Sequence record: NC_041994.1
DNA: 64,000 nucleotides
Reading direction: 5' to 3' (one strand)
Under the pieces are notes generated by a model, which did not search any database, was not told the DNA's origin, and saw only the letters and a list, made by a program, of their open reading frames with translations. Positions within the stretch are counted from its first letter, which is position 1. Each line of letters opens with the position of its first letter. Made by a program: the position numbers and the translations under genes. This document shows positions 44,743-52,840 of the stretch, piece by piece.

Positions 44743-45150
44743 ATGCAAACTCCAGAAACCGGCAAGAACACCAACACCAACGGTAACAACGACAGCATCC
44801 TGCCTCCACTGAACCTGGAAGCAATCAACTCGTTGGCACCGGGCGTGACTCAGAAGATCGACGACATCGCCCGCACTGTGGGTGAGTCTGCCGCCGAAGC
44901 CCTGAACATCGCCACCACTCCAATCCCGACCCGCATGGAACGCATCAAGCGTCTGGGTCGTGCAGCAGGCAACGTCGCCATGTACGGCGCCGGTGCAGTT
45001 GTACTGGGTGGTCTGGGCTATGTTGCCTTCCGTGCCCTCAAAGGCACTCCTGCTGAAGCAGCCGCAGCCGCGGTTGCTGACGCCGCTGCTGATGCTGCAA
45101 CCGCCGTTGCAGATGCTGCTACCGATGCCGTCGCTGCCGCCTTCCGCTAA
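44743..45150 (+). CDS. Membrane protein with Ala/Asp-rich tail
   Basis: From MQTPETG; TM AMYGAGAVVLGGLGYVAF; tail AEAAAAAVADAAADAATAVADAATDAVAAA. Confidence 0.7.
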   Translation: MQTPETGKNTNTNGNNDSILPPLNLEAINSLAPGVTQKIDDIARTVGESAAEALNIATTPIPTRMERIKRLGRAAGNVAMYGAGAVVLGGLGYVAFRALKGTPAEAAAAAVADAAADAATAVADAATDAVAAAFR

Positions 45151-45217
45151 CAGCGACCGTTACTACACGGGGGTGGACAACCACCCCCACATTTCTAGCC
45201 TTACCGGAGTTACCTAC

Positions 45218-45337
45218 ATGTCCATGTACCTCAAGAAGTTCAGCAACGATGAAGAGAAAGCAATCGACGGCAACCTGGCTTACGTCGAGTACCTGTTGGC
45301 CAAGCGTAAGAAGAAGCTGGAAGAGAGTAAGCGATAA
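45218..45337 (+). CDS. 39-aa charged helical peptide
   Basis: MSMYLKKFSNDEEKAIDGNLAYVEYLLAKRKKKLEESKR; GGAG RBS; U-rich stretch follows. Confidence 0.55.
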   Translation: MSMYLKKFSNDEEKAIDGNLAYVEYLLAKRKKKLEESKR

Positions 45338-45396
45338 TGCGTTCCACAGAAGGGTGATCCGGGCGTATGCCTGGGTTGCCTTTCTTTTTTCTTTTG

Positions 45397-45431
45397 GCGG
45401 CATAAAGCCTGCCCGAAGGCAGGCCGTATGG
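45397..45431. terminator. Bidirectional hairpin element
   Basis: GGCGGCATAAA-GCCTGCC-CGAA-GGCAGGC-CGTATG. Confidence 0.75.
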
Positions 45432-45944
45432 TTAGTCCTTCGGTTTACCGCCGGGGTTGATACCCATTCGGTTGAAGAAGGCGTCACTGGTTTCTTGCAC
45501 GTTACCGATCTCCCCTTCACCATCCACCAGCTCGTGCTCACCCAAACGATTCTCATCGACCTTGGGCAAGATAGCGCGTGGTGTGTGGTTAGGGTCAAGC
45601 GAGCCGTCAGCGCTACGCAGCGAGAACGGGTTTTCGTTCTTGAGCATCTTGACCGCTTCAACCATGGCGTGTGCCACTTCAGCAGACGAAGCACTGGTCG
45701 AGGCGTCGATGGTGTTACGTTTATCGGTGATCGCGGTGTGGTCGTGATCCTTCAATGCAGTCAACATGATTTTGATGTCATCGTTGTCTGCCGGGATGTC
45801 TCCGTTGGGAGTCATCTTCTTTTTTACGATCTGCCGACGGATGCGCTGAGAGAACGACAGCGACTGTTCGTAGGTCAAATCTTCCTCTGCCACAACCGGT
45901 GGTTGAGGCGCGTCCACACTGTATGCGTCGAGATGATCTAACAT
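45432..45944 (-). CDS. Hypothetical protein
   Basis: Start MLDHLDA with GGGG RBS; ends at a hairpin terminator. Confidence 0.65.
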   Translation of the reverse strand: MLDHLDAYSVDAPQPPVVAEEDLTYEQSLSFSQRIRRQIVKKKMTPNGDIPADNDDIKIMLTALKDHDHTAITDKRNTIDASTSASSAEVAHAMVEAVKMLKNENPFSLRSADGSLDPNHTPRAILPKVDENRLGEHELVDGEGEIGNVQETSDAFFNRMGINPGGKPKD

Positions 45945-46056
45945 GTTTGCCCCCTGCAAAAAGATACCAGTCTACCAGACTGTATATAACGGAATATTTT
46001 AGGCACCTATATCATCGTTATGCAAGACCGTTAAATGCCCTCTGGAGCTTTCCCTA

Positions 46057-46590
46057 ATGTTATTAGGTTCGATTTTAAAGCGCGTAGCGCTGTGGCGTAA
46101 AGGTCAGCGTAAACTCACCGCTGGTGAGCAAATGGAAGCGTTCTTGGAACGCGATGTGAGTGACACAACCCTCGCGCTGGACTTCGCTGTTTTCTGGCGA
46201 GACCTCACTCCAGCGATCTTCACATCGATACCGCTCGCTGAGCAGATCTGCTTTCCCCTCGTGCGCAATCACGAGTCCTTGGAGGAAATAGCCAACCTCC
46301 TAGATAAAACGCTCCGACTAATCGCTGAGGACGATTACGAGCACTTGGCTAGTTACTTGTCTCGTCGGCTAGAAGAAAAGCGCGACAGTTCAGTAGCTCT
46401 TTATCTCACCGACAAAGACGGGTATCCGTTAGACACTGTGGCAACTTACACACGTGTCACTACCTTGCTCTTCAGTTTGGCGGCCACCCTTGACGGGATG
46501 GAGTCATTCGAGTACCACCGTATCGCTAACCAGATTTACCGGGAGCTGATGCGCGTGGTGACACGACTACTGGAGTTTGAGCCAAGGTAA
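46057..46590 (+). CDS. Hypothetical protein
   Basis: 177 aa helical ORF with GGAG RBS. Confidence 0.6.
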   Translation: MLLGSILKRVALWRKGQRKLTAGEQMEAFLERDVSDTTLALDFAVFWRDLTPAIFTSIPLAEQICFPLVRNHESLEEIANLLDKTLRLIAEDDYEHLASYLSRRLEEKRDSSVALYLTDKDGYPLDTVATYTRVTTLLFSLAATLDGMESFEYHRIANQIYRELMRVVTRLLEFEPR

Positions 46591-46640
46591 TCTCCCAAGG
46601 AAGGCGTAGTCTTCCCAAACAACTCACCGTAGGTGTATGC

Positions 46641-47411
46641 ATGGACAATATCAAACAGTTGCTGACGAGCTCAGATAAGGGGCGTAGTCGTGCACAAGGC
46701 ATCTTGTGCTACATGTTTCGCAACACCCTGCTCTGGCACAACCTGACGTATCATCGTTGGGTGCGAGCGACTAACTTCTACTTCGAGAAACCGCACAACG
46801 CGAAGAACCCGGACCGCGGGAATCTCAATAAGGCTTTGATACAGGATGACCTGAGCTGGGCGTCCTTTAAGAAGGGTTTGGATCTGCTGAACCCTTACAA
46901 AGCTATCCTCACCATCGAACTGACCTGGAAGAGTGGGAAGCGCTCTACGTATGCCGTTGAGATCGACCTTGTGGAAGATGAAGACGATGTGATTCTGACG
47001 TCGCCACTCGATGTAGCGGATACGGACTTACTCACCATGATCAAGGAGCGGCAAAAGAACAAGCCTTTGAACACACTGGCTCGTTTCTACAGTCGCATTC
47101 TACAAGCTGAGGGTGTGGACAACACGCGTTGGACAGCGCTACTCGATGAGTACGCCAAGAACCCGCTGAACGGCTTTACCGGTACCAAGAAGGAGACCGC
47201 CGGCACGATCAGCAGTATCCAACGGCAACTGTTTGAACCGCGTCTATCCTGGAACAACTTTCGTAAGGGGCTCACCATACTTGGCCCAATTCAGGAGGAC
47301 TATATCCTCCGCCTGGAGTGGATACCTGAGGTGAAGCGCTGCGAGGATGTTACCGAGACGCACGTGACCATTCGCGATCCCTTCAGTACTGGACGCAACT
47401 ATGCCAAATAA
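46641..47411 (+). CDS. Hypothetical protein with an internally duplicated domain
   Basis: Two copies of L...F...W....Y...P.N....LSW..F.KGL.L. Confidence 0.65.
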   Translation: MDNIKQLLTSSDKGRSRAQGILCYMFRNTLLWHNLTYHRWVRATNFYFEKPHNAKNPDRGNLNKALIQDDLSWASFKKGLDLLNPYKAILTIELTWKSGKRSTYAVEIDLVEDEDDVILTSPLDVADTDLLTMIKERQKNKPLNTLARFYSRILQAEGVDNTRWTALLDEYAKNPLNGFTGTKKETAGTISSIQRQLFEPRLSWNNFRKGLTILGPIQEDYILRLEWIPEVKRCEDVTETHVTIRDPFSTGRNYAK

Positions 47412-47811
47412 GCCCCGCACTATCGACATCGGTGAGAAAGCTCCCGAAGAGCTCCAGAATGTTCTCGGCTATTATGCCCCGTTGCGTCGTACCACCGAAA
47501 GCGGTTTGGTGTTTATGACGTACTACGGCTTACGGCAGTACCTGGTCACAGGCGGCTTTGATGAGCGCCTGCTGGCACTGGAAGACCGTATGGAGATTCA
47601 GGAGATCAGTCGTGGGCACAAATGGAACCACGTAGGAGAACTGCGTATACGCCTGATGGCAGCCTTGCTGCACAACGTCAGGTTGAACCATTCGATAGTG
47701 TCGGGTATCATGCCCGAAGATTGCTTGAAGTGGGCTAGGTCTACACCGAAGCTCAGCGATCAAGAACGGGTATGGCTTGACATCGTTCGTTCTGTAATCG
47801 GCTGTAAATAA
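47401..47811 (+). CDS. Hypothetical protein
   Basis: 136 aa; overlaps the upstream stop. Confidence 0.6.
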   Translation: MPNKPRTIDIGEKAPEELQNVLGYYAPLRRTTESGLVFMTYYGLRQYLVTGGFDERLLALEDRMEIQEISRGHKWNHVGELRIRLMAALLHNVRLNHSIVSGIMPEDCLKWARSTPKLSDQERVWLDIVRSVIGCK

Positions 47812-47857
47812 ACCATGGCCCTCCCTATCCCGGGGAGGGCCTATGACCGGGTGCCTT

Positions 47858-48109
47858 ATGAAAGTACGACCACACCGTCGTCTGTTAGACGAAGCGATGG
47901 CTGAAGTAAAAGAAATCGAACCAACCATGGTCGCACTGAAGAAATGGGCCGATGAGTCCTTTGGTGGAATGCAGCCACCAGACCTGAGTGAGTTGAAGTG
48001 TGAACCCTACGGCTACGATGACCGGATCAAGTGGAACACGTACATCGTCCACTTAGAAGGTTGGGGTGTGTTAGGCTTTACCGATGGTCCTGTGCAAGCC
48101 TCCCCGTAA
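47858..48109 (+). CDS. Small hypothetical protein
   Basis: C-terminal YGYDDRIKWNTYIV...GVLGFTDGP; start uncertain (47843 or 47858). Confidence 0.6.
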   Translation: MKVRPHRRLLDEAMAEVKEIEPTMVALKKWADESFGGMQPPDLSELKCEPYGYDDRIKWNTYIVHLEGWGVLGFTDGPVQASP

Positions 48110-48166
48110 GGGGAGGTTACGCCATCCTATGAACTCCCTTTTTCTTTTGTCTGAAACGAGGCCATT

Positions 48167-49213
48167 ATGGTTGCCATTGCTCGTCCGGTCTTCGAAACCG
48201 GACCCAAGGACAACGTGGCGATGGTGGATGCGTACAACGCAGCCTCGCCTGAAGTCCGTAACGATCTAACCAGTAAGCTGACTGCCTTCGGTAGTAGCCT
48301 GTCCGAAACCTTTGGGGCAGCTACAAAAGCGGTGTCTACACTGGGTAGTCGTCTGTCTAAAGGCGAGATCAACGTCAATGATGCCGCACAACGCATTAAG
48401 AGCGCGCTAGGCGGTTCTCGCAGTGATATCGTTGGCTTAGCCGGTAGTGTGCAGAACGGCATCTACAGCGAGCTTACAGGCACTGTCCCGGGTACTAACT
48501 ATGTCAAGGGGGCAACTGACCTCTACGACAACGTTCAGGTGGTGACAGGTCAAGGCACGTACTTGATCAACTCAGACCGTAAGTCGGCTCAGTCGATCTT
48601 AGGCTTTGTGTCGGACCTGACTGGCAACAACATCTTCAAGACGTTGGACCTTGGTGCGGAAGCGGCTCTCATCGGTGGGTTGATGGGGACGGTTGCGGCC
48701 TGGGGCATTCCACAGCTGATGGACAGCATGATGGAAGGTCGGGACGATCAGTTCAAGTATTCGGTCTACAGCCGAAATTCGAGCAGTCTGATCTCCACTT
48801 CCAACATCGGCATGATGGAATACTACATCGACCAAGGCATGTCCAGTGCTTTGACGAACCAGACGCCTGACTTCGGCCAGAACTACTTGGCGCAGTACAG
48901 CTTCCCTACCGGTACGACGCCTGCTGACTACCCACGTCTGCATGCGCAACTGGTCAAGGTGATGGATGCATTGATCCCGACATGGTTCACCACCTACCGC
49001 GGTGTTACGGTCTCGAACAACGGGGATGTTACGGTACAGACCCCACGCCCTGTAACCAACCTCACTGTGATGGCTCGGGCCAGTCAGGACGCACGTACGC
49101 TGCTGATCTCCAACCCAGCAACCCGTACGGCAGCCATGGCTGCACAGAACTTCACCACGGTGGATCTGGTGCAGTCGGCTAAACAGATGTACCCCATGAT
49201 CGGTATCCGTTAA
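48167..49213 (+). CDS. Virion structural protein (phiKZ gp174-like)
   Basis: Starts A.PVFETGPKD.VA.VD.Y; convergent with the protease gene; GAGG RBS. Confidence 0.7.
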   Translation: MVAIARPVFETGPKDNVAMVDAYNAASPEVRNDLTSKLTAFGSSLSETFGAATKAVSTLGSRLSKGEINVNDAAQRIKSALGGSRSDIVGLAGSVQNGIYSELTGTVPGTNYVKGATDLYDNVQVVTGQGTYLINSDRKSAQSILGFVSDLTGNNIFKTLDLGAEAALIGGLMGTVAAWGIPQLMDSMMEGRDDQFKYSVYSRNSSSLISTSNIGMMEYYIDQGMSSALTNQTPDFGQNYLAQYSFPTGTTPADYPRLHAQLVKVMDALIPTWFTTYRGVTVSNNGDVTVQTPRPVTNLTVMARASQDARTLLISNPATRTAAMAAQNFTTVDLVQSAKQMYPMIGIR

Positions 49214-49214
49214 A

Positions 49215-49256
49215 CGGCATAAAACCCCTCCCATCACAGGGAGGGGTTTATGTCCG
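49215..49256. terminator. Bidirectional hairpin element
   Basis: CGGCATAAAACCCCTCCC-ATCACA-GGGAGGGGTTTATGTCCG, between convergent genes. Confidence 0.75.
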
Positions 49257-49257
49257 C

Positions 49258-50037
49258 TTACCAGCGCATGAACGATGGCTTACGTGTAGTCGGAGTGCGT
49301 TTCACACGCTCCCATCCGAGCTCTTTGATCAGGCCAGCGTAGTCGGCACCGTTGTCTTCCAGACCAAGGCCACGACGACGTTCTTGCTGACGGGCGAGGT
49401 CATGCAGAACTTCAGGGGTGATTTCCTTGACGCTGGTGTCGAAGTCTTCGAGCGAAGGTGCTTGTGCCTTGCAGGCCACGTACACACCGCCTTCACCAAC
49501 GAAGTCATGGGTAACAACTTCTTTGGTGTACTTGATACGCTCCATCATGTCATCGACGGTGATGGAACGCACGGAGAAGTAGGTGTTCTGTGCAGGGTTC
49601 TGTAGGGACGCTTCGACGTATTTGCCGTAAGGACCGAACGGTTTGACCCACGCGATTACGAGAATGATCGGACGACCATGTTCGTCGGTCGAAGGGCGCA
49701 ACTCATAGTCGCGGATGTGGTGACTGTAGCGATCAGGGTCAATACGGCGTACACGTGCAACGTACGCTTGATCGGACATACCAGGCTGTTGTTCTGGGTG
49801 TTTGTATTCGCCGTAGAGAGCGCCTTTGCGTACTTGACGCATCAGCACCGACCCTTCGTTGAACATGGCGACACCGGTACGTTGGTCGTACAGATAGCCA
49901 CCGGAGTTGTAGGCGTTATAAGCACCTACGGGGCAGGGGTAGTAACCTTCGGCATCCGGTTGAAGGATACCCCGCTTGTTGGTACCTGCGAGCATGGTAG
50001 AACCAATGCGCACAGATTGACGCAGAGCAGATTGCAT
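49258..50037 (-). CDS. Prohead (head maturation) serine protease, phiKZ gp175-like
   Basis: LYGEYKHP (His), FSVRSIT (Ser), THDFVGEGG (Asp), C-terminal self-cleavage-like SLE. Confidence 0.88.
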   Translation of the reverse strand: MQSALRQSVRIGSTMLAGTNKRGILQPDAEGYYPCPVGAYNAYNSGGYLYDQRTGVAMFNEGSVLMRQVRKGALYGEYKHPEQQPGMSDQAYVARVRRIDPDRYSHHIRDYELRPSTDEHGRPIILVIAWVKPFGPYGKYVEASLQNPAQNTYFSVRSITVDDMMERIKYTKEVVTHDFVGEGGVYVACKAQAPSLEDFDTSVKEITPEVLHDLARQQERRRGLGLEDNGADYAGLIKELGWERVKRTPTTRKPSFMRW

Positions 50038-50044
50038 AGAGACC

Positions 50045-50755
50045 TCAGGTTCTCAAGAGTTCCTCGATCCGCTCAACTCGATCACTGGGGTTCACCAACG
50101 CCGAAACGATACTGTCGGCGGTGTACGCACCGATGAACTTCGAAGTGGTGTCGGATGTGTTCCAGATCACGTTACGGAAAGGAATGCTCACGGGTGGGTT
50201 GGTCTCGACATCACTGTGCTTTTCGTAGATGTGGCGATAGAGCCGCGTCATGTCTTTCGGGTCACGACAAGTCGTGGAAATGATCAGACTCAGGATCGAC
50301 CGGTTACCCAGATAGATGCCTGCAAACTCTTCCGCTGTCTCGAACAGATTGGCTTTGTCGATATAGTTGAAGTACCAAGGGATGTTCCCCTTGTCCACGT
50401 GTTCGCTGTACACGTAGTAAGACAGGGTGTCGTTCTTCACCGGTTCAGTACCGGCAATGAGCGTGTCACCTGGCTCGAAATGGAAATCGAAATACGTCAC
50501 GCCGTTGATCACCACCTTCTCAGTCGAAGATGGGACAATGCGGAACATCGCAATGGTGCGCACGACACCATAGCGATTGCCCATGAGAATACCGTAGAAA
50601 CCGAGGATGTGAATCTCGGTCCCTATGTTGGCCAAGTGCACAGAAGCATAGCGCTCAGGCACGAGAATACGACAAGCAGTGTCGGTGAGGACACTGCCGT
50701 CGTTTTGCTCATGGAGGTGTTTCTTGATGAAGTCAGGGTCACGGACCATCTGCAT
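50045..50755 (-). CDS. Virion structural protein (gp176-like)
   Basis: 236 aa between the protease and the gp177-like gene; G..PWY..Y motif. Confidence 0.7.
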   Translation of the reverse strand: MQMVRDPDFIKKHLHEQNDGSVLTDTACRILVPERYASVHLANIGTEIHILGFYGILMGNRYGVVRTIAMFRIVPSSTEKVVINGVTYFDFHFEPGDTLIAGTEPVKNDTLSYYVYSEHVDKGNIPWYFNYIDKANLFETAEEFAGIYLGNRSILSLIISTTCRDPKDMTRLYRHIYEKHSDVETNPPVSIPFRNVIWNTSDTTSKFIGAYTADSIVSALVNPSDRVERIEELLRT

Positions 50756-50786
50756 CAGAAAGTACCTCTGGTTGGGAACTTACAGC

Positions 50787-52625
50787 TTACTGCTGCGTTT
50801 TGCCTTCTTCGGCTTCGTCAGAGAAGTCTGGCTCTACCGGGGTTTCGCCCGGAGCTGGCAACTCGGACTCAGGCTCGGTGCCTGGGAAGCCTGCGGACTG
50901 GCCGTCGTCTGGCAGCTCGCTGGTATCGCCTGGGGTTTCACCAGCCGGTGCTTCGGTTTGTTCGCCATCGGCGCCCAGACCAGTACCGTCTTCTGCTGGA
51001 ACAATCGGATTGCCGTCAGCGTCGACTTCACCGCCAGCAGCGGCTTCTTCGACTTCGTTCACCGGCTCAGGTTCAGCCACCGGCCCAACGTTTTCAGCAA
51101 TGCCTGCATTGTCCTTGTCGATGGCCACGTTCGCCTCGGCTTCGTCTTCTTGCGAGACCGCATTCGGATCGACTTCCGGGGTGTACTTGACCGTGGTGAT
51201 CTGCGAGGCCAACCACGTCGCTACCAGTTCGATGGTGGCTTCGATAGCCAGTTCACGACCCGACGCACCTGGGTGCACGCGGCTGTAGCGGTCCATGGAA
51301 CGCATGAAGTCGCAGTACAAAGGCTGGGTTGGGTAGTAGACACGGCAAACCAATGCTGCAAACATCTGGCAAGGCTTGTCGTAGGCATCGTCGCTTTGAG
51401 CACGCAGTTCAGCGTCCAGACGATCGGACACCACACCGGAGTCCATCGCAGGCAGACCTTCTACAGCAGGCTGGCTGCTGCTCAGGAACACACTGACGAC
51501 ATCCTTACGGCGATCACGCAGAGCATTGTCTGCACAGGCTTGACGCAGCACTGGGTAGTACTTCGCCCAACGAGCCGACAGGTCAGCAGCAACAGCGTTG
51601 ATCTCGGACACCTTCTTGAGGTTTGGCTCGAACACCGCCAGACCCAACAGGGCTTGTACGTCACCGCCGGCTTGCAGCCAGCCGTTGTACACGTCACCGT
51701 TCACCAGAGTCGACACTTGGCCAGTACGCATGGCGTCCTTGGCATCGGTGGCGATCACCAGACGCTGGGTCTTGGTATCCTGAGCGCGGTACTCGTAAGC
51801 CTTGAGCAGCTTGGAGCCGATGAGTTCGTGCAGGTTGCCCAGCGCATTCTCCCACTCGTCCAGTTGAACGCTTTCGCCCATGACTTCCTGCGGCTTCTCG
51901 CGCAGAGCGCCAGTCAGGCAGTAAGCGAGCAGCAGCTCGTCGATCTGGGTTGGCCAGTTGGACGAATGCATCCAGGTAGCCGTGGTGAAGTCGAAGTCAC
52001 GGGACGAACCGTACAGCTTGTTCCAGACCGCAGCGATGCGATCAGCACCCACGCCCAGCAACCACTCAACAACCAGAGGCTGGTCGAGGTGTGGGTTGTT
52101 TTCAGCCACCAGCGACACGACCGCTTCCGGGGTCATGCCAGTGAGGATAAAGGAGCGATAGGATTCCTGACCTTGTACGTCGGCGTATTTGCCGGCGACG
52201 TGGTTGACCAGGGCTGGCGCACTGTGGACTTCGTGGTACTTGAACACGTTGACCGATACGTTCGGTTGTACCGAGCTGTTCTGCTTGGCGGCGAACTGAT
52301 TGACCAGTTGGTCCACGGTCGGCACGATCACGTTACGGGCCGTGAAGGCCATGGCTTGTACTGCGCGCACCATCTGAGCGACGTTATCGCTGATGGTTTC
52401 GCGTTCAGCACCGACGACGACTTCGTTCGCCGCAGCGAACTGATCTTCGGATTCCATGGCCAGACGCTCGCTGAAGCGACGCTGGTTTGGTTGAACGTTG
52501 GATTGATAAGCGTTGGCAACTTGTGTAGCTGGGGCAAACAACGACTTGAAGGCGACCAGACGGCCGCCCTCAGTCAGAGTCCGCGCTGCCGGAGATACAC
52601 TACGTACAGAAGCGGCAATGGACAT
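50787..52625 (-). CDS. Virion head protein (gp177-like) with acidic C-terminal tail
   Basis: 612 aa; AMES protease-type site near the N-terminus; Glu/Pro/Gly-rich C-terminal region of about 100 aa. Confidence 0.65.
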   Translation of the reverse strand: MSIAASVRSVSPAARTLTEGGRLVAFKSLFAPATQVANAYQSNVQPNQRRFSERLAMESEDQFAAANEVVVGAERETISDNVAQMVRAVQAMAFTARNVIVPTVDQLVNQFAAKQNSSVQPNVSVNVFKYHEVHSAPALVNHVAGKYADVQGQESYRSFILTGMTPEAVVSLVAENNPHLDQPLVVEWLLGVGADRIAAVWNKLYGSSRDFDFTTATWMHSSNWPTQIDELLLAYCLTGALREKPQEVMGESVQLDEWENALGNLHELIGSKLLKAYEYRAQDTKTQRLVIATDAKDAMRTGQVSTLVNGDVYNGWLQAGGDVQALLGLAVFEPNLKKVSEINAVAADLSARWAKYYPVLRQACADNALRDRRKDVVSVFLSSSQPAVEGLPAMDSGVVSDRLDAELRAQSDDAYDKPCQMFAALVCRVYYPTQPLYCDFMRSMDRYSRVHPGASGRELAIEATIELVATWLASQITTVKYTPEVDPNAVSQEDEAEANVAIDKDNAGIAENVGPVAEPEPVNEVEEAAAGGEVDADGNPIVPAEDGTGLGADGEQTEAPAGETPGDTSELPDDGQSAGFPGTEPESELPAPGETPVEPDFSDEAEEGKTQQ

Positions 52626-52636
52626 TCTCGAACTCC

Positions 52637-52840
52637 TTAGACGCCGAGTTTCTTGGACAGACGGGCAGTCAGTGCTTCGCGGATATCAGCATCCGAGAAC
52701 AGTTGACCATTGAGTGTGGCGGAGACTTCCTCAGTGCCGAGAACTTCCCGGATCACTTCGGTGCCCAATTCCACGGCCGATGCCAACGCCTGGGTGTTGT
52801 GCGCATGGGCGACGTTAGGGCTTACGTTTTGCTCTTGCAT
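52637..52840 (-). CDS. Small hypothetical protein overlapping the RNAP beta stop
   Basis: 67 aa, GAGGA RBS, fills the gap between beta and the gp177-like gene. Confidence 0.55.
   Translation of the reverse strand: MQEQNVSPNVAHAHNTQALASAVELGTEVIREVLGTEEVSATLNGQLFSDADIREALTARLSKKLGV

Noticed and set aside
3452-49256. Hairpin repeats as a CRISPR array or MITE/REP family
   Set aside because: Copies are single, intergenic, irregularly spaced and differ in stem sequence; no spacers, target-site duplications or transposase.
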